Below, piece by piece: positions 25,278-32,000 of a stretch of 32,000 nucleotides of DNA. The notes under the pieces are model-generated. The model made no database searches, was not told the origin of the DNA, and saw only the letters and a program-made list of their open reading frames with translations. The stretch's first letter is position 1. Every line of letters starts with the position of its first letter. A program made the position numbers and the translations under genes. The DNA is taken from positions 5,040,001-5,072,000 of the forward strand of contig OZ245049.1 of the NCBI GenBank assembly GCA_965224465.1, in the 5' to 3' direction. The stretch comes from Flavobacteriaceae bacterium (GTDB lineage Bacteria; Bacteroidota; Bacteroidia; Flavobacteriales; Flavobacteriaceae).

Positions 25278-25894
25278 GATTGTTTTTTTAGAAGTATTAG
25301 ATTTCGACTGTAAATAAACAAGCCCATAATATGTCCGACAAATAAGACAGGGTCTTTGCGAATGATGGCATATATTAATATCAAAAACGAACCTATTAAA
25401 CTGAGTAACCAAAAGCCAAAAGGCAAGCTAGATTCGTTGTTTTTTTCTGAATATAGCCATTGGTATACAAAACGAAAAGTAAATATTACTTGGGCAATAA
25501 TTCCTAAAAATAATAACCAAAACGGAATGTCATGGTTTTGGAATAAATTACTAATGTCGTAGGTGTTATTATTGTAATAGTAAATAACCAATAGTCCAGG
25601 GAAAATATATAAAAACCATCGGAATACCCGATGCATTTTTTTCCATTCTCCTTGCAATTGTAAGTTTCTGATATAAATAAAATAGGTGAGGCTTTGTCCA
25701 AGCATTATGGAAAAATCATCACGTAAATAGCCATAAACAAATAGTAAAAACGAGGCGATTAAACTCAGTTTCCAAAAAAGAGAAGGCGTGAGTACTTTTT
25801 TGCTTTTTTCTGACAATACCCATTGTAAAATAAGTCGTCCAGAAAAAAGAATTTGTGCGAAAAAACCGATACTGTAAATTATCCAATCACTCAT
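25274..25894 (-). CDS. Tandem LAB_N (lipid A biosynthesis N-terminal) domain membrane protein
   Basis: Two internal repeats carry the LAB_N signature: FFAQILFSGRLILQWVLSEKSKKVLTPSLFWKLSLIASFLLFVYGYLRDDFSIMLGQSLTYFIYIRNLQL and IIAQVIFTFRFVYQWLYSEKNNESSLPFGFWLLSLIGSFLILIYAIIRKDPVLFVGHIMGLFIYSRNLIL. Confidence 0.8.
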   Translation of the reverse strand: MSDWIIYSIGFFAQILFSGRLILQWVLSEKSKKVLTPSLFWKLSLIASFLLFVYGYLRDDFSIMLGQSLTYFIYIRNLQLQGEWKKMHRVFRWFLYIFPGLLVIYYYNNNTYDISNLFQNHDIPFWLLFLGIIAQVIFTFRFVYQWLYSEKNNESSLPFGFWLLSLIGSFLILIYAIIRKDPVLFVGHIMGLFIYSRNLILLKKQS

Positions 25895-26607
25895 TATCCT
25901 TTGCTTGCAATAGAATAATTAATATATTTTTTTTTCATCCATAAATACGCAAAACAATCGACTAAGGGGCCTACTAATCGATTCCAAACACCATACTTAG
26001 CTTCACCAGCAATGCGTGGAAAATGTTGTATAGGGACTTGTTTTATTTTTCCGTTTTGTAATAAAATCATGGCGGGTAAAAAGCGATGCAATCCCTCAAA
26101 CATTGGAATGCGTTTCGCGTACTCAGTTTTAATTACTTTTAAAGGACATCCTGTATCATCCATCCCATCACTTGTAAAACTTCTTCTGATGCCATTGGCA
26201 ATAGTAGAGGAAATGTTTTTTACAAAAGAATCTTTTCTGTTTGCTCTTACACCAGTTACAAGATCATTCTGAGGTATGTGTTTTAATAGTAAATTAAAAT
26301 CGGTAGGGGTCGTTTGTAAATCAGAATCTATATAGCCAACCAATTCTGTATTGCATTGGTGAAAACCGGCAGCTATTGCTGCGCTAAGTCCACAATTCTT
26401 CTCGAAAGACAGAAATGAAAAATCACTATTTTCTTTACAGATGTCTTCTATCATTGCTTGACTTTTGTCTTGACTTCCGTCATTAATAAACAATACTTTG
26501 GTCTTTTTTGTTGCAATTTTAAAATAATTGAGCATTTCGGACTCAACACGTTTTAAGTTGTCTTCTTCGTTGTAAACGGGGATAATGATTGTAAACTGAT
26601 ATGACAT
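25894..26607 (-). CDS. Family 2 glycosyltransferase, polyprenyl-phosphate sugar synthase type (ArnC/GtrB/Dpm1-like)
   Basis: IIIPVYNEEDNL, NDGSQDKS, DxD-type IDSDLQ; 237 aa soluble-type GT-A. Its stop shares nt 25894 with the LAB_N start. Confidence 0.85.
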   Translation of the reverse strand: MSYQFTIIIPVYNEEDNLKRVESEMLNYFKIATKKTKVLFINDGSQDKSQAMIEDICKENSDFSFLSFEKNCGLSAAIAAGFHQCNTELVGYIDSDLQTTPTDFNLLLKHIPQNDLVTGVRANRKDSFVKNISSTIANGIRRSFTSDGMDDTGCPLKVIKTEYAKRIPMFEGLHRFLPAMILLQNGKIKQVPIQHFPRIAGEAKYGVWNRLVGPLVDCFAYLWMKKKYINYSIASKG

Positions 26608-27282
26608 TTATTGTTTTTTTATTTTAATAACTATTCAAAAGTTTCAGGGTTAAATTTCATGTCTTTGGTGTTTTGAAATGAAAGAAACCTTTCGATTAAT
26701 TTTATTGCCAAAAGTAATAAAACGCACTCAAATTGTCATGCTATTTTACAGGAACTATCTTAAACTATTGCTAAAACACATGGATTTTATTAAATGTATA
26801 GCATACAATTAGATTTTAGAATGTGATTTGTCAAACTTTGCAATTCGTATACTCACTCTTTTATTTGTGGCATTTTTGTTTTGTGTTTTTGTGATTTGTA
26901 TTGGGGTCTGTTTTGTCTGATTCGTGGAGCAGTATTCGGTTATTTATAATTAATTTTTGATACGTTCTTTTTAAAAGCAATTGATTTTTTGTCGTTTTAC
27001 AGTTCTTGTTTTTGCTCTCTTGTTTTTACCGATGATATACAATAGGTGTAGCTTATGAGCAATTCATGTTGATTTAAGAATAATTATGTAAATGGATTTG
27101 AAATGGAATTAGTAGTTGTGTAATCGTATAAGATATTGGTTTTTAATGTGCTATATCCTGTTTTTGTATTTAATATTTTAGGCTTTAACTTAGGAGATAG
27201 ATTACGTGTTTTTGAGTATTTAAAAATTTTCGATTTATTGCAATAAAGTGTATCTTTACCACTTATTTATTGCAGTAATTTT

Positions 27283-28761
27283 ATGGAATTATACAAAAAG
27301 CATCAGCTTAAAATTTACAACTCACTTTCAAAAAAGAAAGAAGTATTTACACCAATTGTTGAAGGGAATGTTGGAATGTATGTGTGTGGACCTACAGTTT
27401 ATAGTAATGTGCATTTAGGAAATGTACGTACGTTTATGTCGTTTGATTTGGTGTTTCGATATTTAAAACACCTGGGCTTTAAGGTGCGTTATGTGCGTAA
27501 CATTACTGATGCGGGTCATTTAGAGAATGATGCAGATGAGGGAGAAGATAGAATTGCGAAAAGAGCACGTTTAGAACAGATTGAACCTATGGAGGTGGTG
27601 CAGCGTTATACCGTAGATTTTCATACTATTTTACAGCAATTTAATAATATTCCACCAAGTATAGAGCCTACGGCTACAGGTCATATTGTAGAGCAGATAG
27701 AGATTATTAAAGAGATCTTGGAAAAGGGATTGGCTTATGAAATAAATGGATCTGTTTATTTTGATGTATTAAAATATAATGAAACTGAACATTATGGAAT
27801 TCTTTCTGGACGAAATATTGAGGACTCTATTCATAATACACGAGTGTTAGACGGTCAGTCAGAAAAGAAGAATCCACAAGACTTTGCCTTATGGAAAAAA
27901 GCAGACGAGCGTCATATTATGCGTTGGCCTTCACCTTGGAGTGATGGTTTTCCTGGATGGCACTTGGAGTGTTCAGCTATGAGTACAAAATATTTAGGGA
28001 AACAATTTGATATTCATGGAGGAGGAATGGACCTAAAGTTTCCTCATCATGAATGTGAAATAGCACAGTCTAAAACAACCAACGGAGTCTACCCCGTAAA
28101 TTATTGGATGCACGCAAATATGTTGACCTTGAATGGTCAAAAGATGGCGAAGTCTACAGGGAATAATATCCTTCCAGATGAGATATTTTCTGGAGATAAT
28201 ACCATTTTAAGTAAACCGTTTACGGCAGGAGTGGTACGTTTTTTTATGTTACAAGCCAATTATCGTAGTATTCTAGATTTTTCTAGTACTGCCTTAGAGG
28301 CTTCAGAAAAAGGACATGCCAAATTAATGGAGGCCATTTCGTTTTTGCCACGAGTGACTTGTGGAGCAGAAAGTTCTTTTGACGTTGAAGCATGGAAACA
28401 GAAATGTTACGATGCTATGAATGATGATTTTAATAGCCCTGTTTTAATTGCTCAATTATTTGATGCAGTGAAACAAGTGAATTTATTAAAAGAAGGAAGC
28501 GCTGAGATAACGACTGGTGATTTAGAACTACTTTCTCAAACCTTGAATGCTTTTGTATTTGATGTTTTAGGATTGCCAAACGAGCTTGCTAACAATCATT
28601 CAGATAAGTTGGGTGGTGTTGTGGAGTTGTTGATAAAATTAAGAAAAGAAGCACGTGATAATAAAGATTGGGCCTTGTCTGACCAGATTAGAGACGAATT
28701 GGTGGAGCTAGGAATTCAATTAAAAGATGGAAAGGAAGGAACTTCGTTTACGCTTAATTAA
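27283..28761 (+). CDS. cysS: Cysteine--tRNA ligase
   Basis: Class I motifs HLGN (NVHLGNVRT) and KMAKS, zinc/cysteine-binding WHLECS; 492 aa. Confidence 0.95.
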   Translation: MELYKKHQLKIYNSLSKKKEVFTPIVEGNVGMYVCGPTVYSNVHLGNVRTFMSFDLVFRYLKHLGFKVRYVRNITDAGHLENDADEGEDRIAKRARLEQIEPMEVVQRYTVDFHTILQQFNNIPPSIEPTATGHIVEQIEIIKEILEKGLAYEINGSVYFDVLKYNETEHYGILSGRNIEDSIHNTRVLDGQSEKKNPQDFALWKKADERHIMRWPSPWSDGFPGWHLECSAMSTKYLGKQFDIHGGGMDLKFPHHECEIAQSKTTNGVYPVNYWMHANMLTLNGQKMAKSTGNNILPDEIFSGDNTILSKPFTAGVVRFFMLQANYRSILDFSSTALEASEKGHAKLMEAISFLPRVTCGAESSFDVEAWKQKCYDAMNDDFNSPVLIAQLFDAVKQVNLLKEGSAEITTGDLELLSQTLNAFVFDVLGLPNELANNHSDKLGGVVELLIKLRKEARDNKDWALSDQIRDELVELGIQLKDGKEGTSFTLN

Positions 28762-29022
28762 ATGTCGTTTCTGAAAAAAATATTGGCGCTTCCTTTTATA
28801 GGACTCGTTCGTTTTTACCAAGCGGCAATTTCTCCATATACGCCTGCAAGTTGTAGGTATGTTCCTACCTGTTCTAGTTATGCTTTAGAAGCATTGCAAA
28901 AGCACGGTGTATTTAAAGGAGGGTTTTTGGCTTTGAAAAGAATATTTAGTTGCCATCCTTGGGGAGGGTCAGGGTACGATCCAGTACCTGAACATAAACA
29001 TAATTGTAAAAAACATAAATAG
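28762..29022 (+). CDS. yidD: Membrane protein insertion efficiency factor YidD
   Basis: [33 protein letters not shown]; starts immediately after the cysS stop. Confidence 0.9.
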   Translation: MSFLKKILALPFIGLVRFYQAAISPYTPASCRYVPTCSSYALEALQKHGVFKGGFLALKRIFSCHPWGGSGYDPVPEHKHNCKKHK

Positions 29023-29029
29023 AATACCT

Positions 29030-29878
29030 ATGATTACATTATCTATTGATTGGAATCCAGATCCAATATTATTTAAAATTGGATCCTTTGGGATACGTTA
29101 CTACAGTCTTTTATTTGTGGTTGCATTTATAGTGGGTTTACAGTTGATGAAAAAGATTTTTATCAATGAGAAAGTTTCTTTAGAGAAATTAGATCCCCTG
29201 TTCATGTACATTATCTTATCTATGTTTATAGGAATGCGGCTGGGAGAAGTAATCTTTTATAGTTGGGGCTATTACCAACATCATTTATTAGAAATTATTT
29301 TACCAATCAAAGAAGATCCTAATGGAACGTTGTTTTGGTTTATAAATGGTTATAGGTTTACTGGCTTTCAAGGGCTCGCTAGCCATGGTGCCGTTATAGG
29401 AATGCTTATAGGGTCGTATTTGTACAGTAAAAATGTTTTGAAAAAACCATTGTTGTGGATTTTAGACCGTGGTGGTATTGTGGTTGCTTTTGCTGGTTTT
29501 TGTATCCGAATAGGGAATTTAATGAATTCTGAAATATATGGTAAGCCAACAGATTTATCCATTGGTTTTGTTTTTAAAAGAGCAGGAGAAACCATTCCTC
29601 GACATCCAACGCAAATTTATGAAGCTTTGAGCTATTTGACAATCTTTTTTGTCTTGTGGTTTTTATATTGGAAAACCGATTTTAAGAAAAAGTCAGGACT
29701 CCTATTTGGCTTCTTTTTTACATCCCTTTGGACGGTGAGATTTGTGATTGAGTATTTTAAGGAAGCTCAGGTCGCTAGTCGAGAAGACTGGATTTTGGGT
29801 TTAAATACAGGACAAGTGTTAAGTTTACCCTTAATTGTAGCTGGAATTTATTTTATCGTTAAAAAAAGACGTGATTAG
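29030..29878 (+). CDS. lgt: Prolipoprotein diacylglyceryl transferase
   Basis: IRYYSLLFVVAF, HGAVIG, GNLMNSEIYGKPT, HPTQIYEAL blocks; 282 aa polytopic. Confidence 0.9.
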   Translation: MITLSIDWNPDPILFKIGSFGIRYYSLLFVVAFIVGLQLMKKIFINEKVSLEKLDPLFMYIILSMFIGMRLGEVIFYSWGYYQHHLLEIILPIKEDPNGTLFWFINGYRFTGFQGLASHGAVIGMLIGSYLYSKNVLKKPLLWILDRGGIVVAFAGFCIRIGNLMNSEIYGKPTDLSIGFVFKRAGETIPRHPTQIYEALSYLTIFFVLWFLYWKTDFKKKSGLLFGFFFTSLWTVRFVIEYFKEAQVASREDWILGLNTGQVLSLPLIVAGIYFIVKKRRD

Positions 29879-29993
29879 CTGTTTTTTATTCAGTGTAATG
29901 CTTTTATTGTTATAATATTCTTAATTTTTTAAGTTTATTTTTAGAAAATGTTTCTATATTGCTCCATTATAAGAACATTTAAAAAATAAATTT

Positions 29994-32000
29994 ATGAAAA
30001 AGAAAAATTATTTATTGCTATCGTTCTTCTTGATTTCTATGACTATTATGGCGCAGAGCTATGTGGTTAAAGGAACAGTTAAAAACGATAGTGGGATGGG
30101 TATTCCTGGAGTTTCTGTTATTCAGAAAGGAACTTCAAATGGTACCACGACTGATTTTCATGGGAATTATTCCTTAAAAATTAAGAAAGGTGATGTATTA
30201 CAGTTTTCGTATGTTGGTTATACGAATAAATCCATTGTAATGCACGGAGCCAAAGTTATAAACACGGTACTTAGTGGTGGTGTAGCATTGGATGAAGTAG
30301 TTTTATTAGGGTCTCGAAGTACTGGAAGAACTATTATTGATAGTCCAGTTCCAGTAGATGTTATTGATGTAGCCAAACTAGCGGCTTTAGGGCCACAAAC
30401 TACAATCAATGAAATTTTAAATTATGTAGCGCCATCGTTTACTTCTACTACACAAACTGTTGCGGATGGAACGGATCATGTTGATCCTGCTTCATTAAGA
30501 GGGTTGGGGCCAGATCAAATTCTGGTATTGATCAATGGGAAAAGAAGGCATAAATCTGCTTTGGTTAATGTAAATGGAACCGTTGGTACGGGAACAGTAG
30601 GTACGGATATGAATTCAATTCCTACCGCTGCTATCGCTAAAATTGAAGTTCTAAGAGATGGTGCTGCTGCTCAGTATGGCTCAGACGCCGTGGCTGGTGT
30701 AATCAATATTATATTGAAAAAAGCCACAAACGAATTGACAATTAATATAAATACTGGTGCAAATATAAGTCAGCATTCCGAAAAATACAATAAAGGGGGC
30801 ATTGATGGAGAAAAATTTGTGTTGGATGCCAATTATGGTCTTAACTTAGGAAATAATGGCGGTTTTATTAATTTTACAGGGTCTTTAGAAAATAGAGGTG
30901 CAACAAACAGAAGTGATACCATGGGGAAACCTATTTACACCATGTTTGATATTGCTACTAGAAATTTAGGTTATGATCAAGCTTTTGAAATGAATCCAAG
31001 TGCATTGGCTGCTTATGTTGGTGGTTTAGACGCTTCTTTACAGGCAGTTTATGATGCAGGTATTGTTAATGGAGATTCTTTTTATGATATTATTACATCC
31101 AATGCTTTAAACGGTGCAGTTTCTAATTACGAATTATCGCAACGTGGTTTATCGCGGGATGATTTTAGAATGAAAGTTGGGCAATCTAAAGTACGTGGCG
31201 GGAAATTTTTTATGAATATGGAATTGCCACTAGATGATAATGGTGCCGTATTATACTCTTTTGGAGGAATGAGTTTTAGAGATGGTTTGTCTGCTGGTTT
31301 TTTTAGAAGACCTGCCTATACAGATGGACGTGGAACTACCAATGCCTTGGCAAACGGATTCTTACCACATATTGCTTCCAGAGTAAAAGATAAGTCTTTG
31401 GCTATTGGAATAAAAGGAAAAATAAACGCATGGAATGTCGATTTTAGCAACACCTATGGTGCGAATAGTTTTGATTTTACAATCAAGAATACTGTTAATG
31501 CTACATTGGGAACTTCTAGCCCGCGTGAGTTTGAAGCAGGTGGTTTCTCATTTGCTCAAAATACAACCAATATTGATATTTCTAAGTTTTATGAAAACAC
31601 CTTAAAGGGCTTAAATGTTGCTTTTGGTGCAGAGTATAGAATAGAAAATTATCAAGAGGTTGCTGGAGAAGAAGCTTCTTGGGCAAGTTATGATAAAAAT
31701 GGAGAAGTGGTGACTCAAACTACCCCAGACGCCGATAAAGTGTATAGTTATTTTGGAAAACTAGTCCCTGGTGGTTCTCAGGTTTTTCCAGGATACAGAC
31801 CAGAGAACGAAGTAGATCAAAATAGAAATAGTTATGCAAGTTATATAGATGTTGAAGCAGATGTTTCTGAATCTTTTTTATTGACTGCGGCATTGCGCTA
31901 CGAAAACTTTAGTGATTTTGGAGATACATTCAATTGGAAAATATCTACAAGGTATAAACTGACACAGGATGTTGCTTTAAGAGCTGCGGTAAGTACTGGG
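29994..32000 (+). CDS. TonB-dependent outer-membrane receptor (CarboxypepD_reg + plug + barrel), 3' end outside the window
   Basis: Absent from the ORF track because no stop is reached. Own translation from the ATG at 29994: MKKKNYLLLSFFLISMTIMAQSYVVKGTVKNDSGMGIPGVSVIQKGTSNGTTTDFHGNYSLKIKKGDVLQFSYVGYT..., then plug DHVDPASLRGLGPDQILVLINGKRRH...IEVLRDGAAAQYGSDAVAGVINIILKK. The frame is open for 669 codons to nt 32000. Confidence 0.85.
   Translation, partial: MKKKNYLLLSFFLISMTIMAQSYVVKGTVKNDSGMGIPGVSVIQKGTSNGTTTDFHGNYSLKIKKGDVLQFSYVGYTNKSIVMHGAKVINTVLSGGVALDEVVLLGSRSTGRTIIDSPVPVDVIDVAKLAALGPQTTINEILNYVAPSFTSTTQTVADGTDHVDPASLRGLGPDQILVLINGKRRHKSALVNVNGTVGTGTVGTDMNSIPTAAIAKIEVLRDGAAAQYGSDAVAGVINIILKKATNELTININTGANISQHSEKYNKGGIDGEKFVLDANYGLNLGNNGGFINFTGSLENRGATNRSDTMGKPIYTMFDIATRNLGYDQAFEMNPSALAAYVGGLDASLQAVYDAGIVNGDSFYDIITSNALNGAVSNYELSQRGLSRDDFRMKVGQSKVRGGKFFMNMELPLDDNGAVLYSFGGMSFRDGLSAGFFRRPAYTDGRGTTNALANGFLPHIASRVKDKSLAIGIKGKINAWNVDFSNTYGANSFDFTIKNTVNATLGTSSPREFEAGGFSFAQNTTNIDISKFYENTLKGLNVAFGAEYRIENYQEVAGEEASWASYDKNGEVVTQTTPDADKVYSYFGKLVPGGSQVFPGYRPENEVDQNRNSYASYIDVEADVSESFLLTAALRYENFSDFGDTFNWKISTRYKLTQDVALRAAVSTG

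Noticed and set aside
25278-25412. N-terminal extensions in the track: GT-C gene 25278-25412, recF 15021-15092, S9 peptidase 8295-8324 and nrnA 18699-18728.
   Set aside because: The extensions overlap the upstream gene or a promoter box and lack family-typical sequence. Internal Met codons give canonical N-termini (MISLIEKRP with ATGA coupling, [11 protein letters not shown], signal peptide MKKIMIL, MTIIEIKEL).
26867-26920. A 17-codon GTG-initiated mini-ORF (AFLFCVFVICIGVCFV) with three Cys codons, ~360 nt upstream of cysS. I considered it as a Cys-sensing leader peptide.
   Set aside because: The region is T/G-skewed, so TGT/TTT/GTT codons arise from composition alone. There is no ATG, no attenuator or terminator hairpin follows it, and it is far from cysS. 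I kept only the general note on the spacer.
502-30409. Short ORFs in the track that lie antisense or out of frame inside longer, well-supported genes: 502-750, 2289-2612, 7565-7807, 10309-10506, 11073-11420, 11721-12008, 13781-13987, 13789-13971, 14606-14836, 15703-15960, 18137-18355, 19404-19649, 20263-20529, 21035-21229, 23228-23416, 25356-25562, 25504-25701, 26012-26272, 29368-29595, 30218-30409.
   Set aside because: Each is fully nested in a gene with clear family motifs on the other strand or frame. Their products are low-complexity with no recognisable motifs. Long antisense open frames are expected in AT-rich DNA with few antisense stop codons.
1-32000. A screen for CRISPR arrays, tRNA/rRNA/tmRNA genes, riboswitches (FMN near ribH, T-box near cysS), prophage or defence-system genes.
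   Set aside because: There are no regularly spaced direct repeats and no tRNA-like conserved T-arm or acceptor sequences in the intergenic DNA. ribH is internal to an operon with no leader. Every sizeable ORF has a housekeeping or envelope assignment. By-eye screening cannot exclude small ncRNAs.

Overview
AT-rich chromosomal window that reads as Flavobacteriia (Bacteroidota) core genome, with about 29 tightly packed genes in a few operons. These are: mtaB plus a hydrolase; a small-protein, mutL, rhomboid, rhomboid, EEP, DPPIV-like chain with overlapping stop/start codons; TPR-ribH divergent from recF-DUF721; ndk; a PhoD-like phosphatase; nrnA, gldI-like, FKBP, cyclophilin/FKBP fusion, PAP2; a GT2, tandem LAB_N, ArnT-like GT-C, unknown 6-TM cassette; cysS-yidD-lgt; and a TonB-dependent receptor that runs off the 3' edge and is missing from the ORF track. 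The 5' edge carries the right part of an insertion sequence (IS4/IS5-superfamily transposase, cut by the window) butted against a decayed Rhs core-tip remnant. I see no rRNA, tRNA, CRISPR array, prophage or recognisable defence genes. The gene list does not explain one thing: nearly every long intergenic gap holds copies of one ~155-bp interspersed element. There are six copies or derivatives, in both orientations, with ATACCAA...TTGGTAT termini and a conserved central hairpin. I rank this as the most interesting signal. Second is the four-gene envelope-glycosylation-like cassette, whose LAB_N and 6-TM members have no function known to me. All functional calls come from reading translated motifs by eye. 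No searches were run, and repeat boundaries are good to a few nt only.
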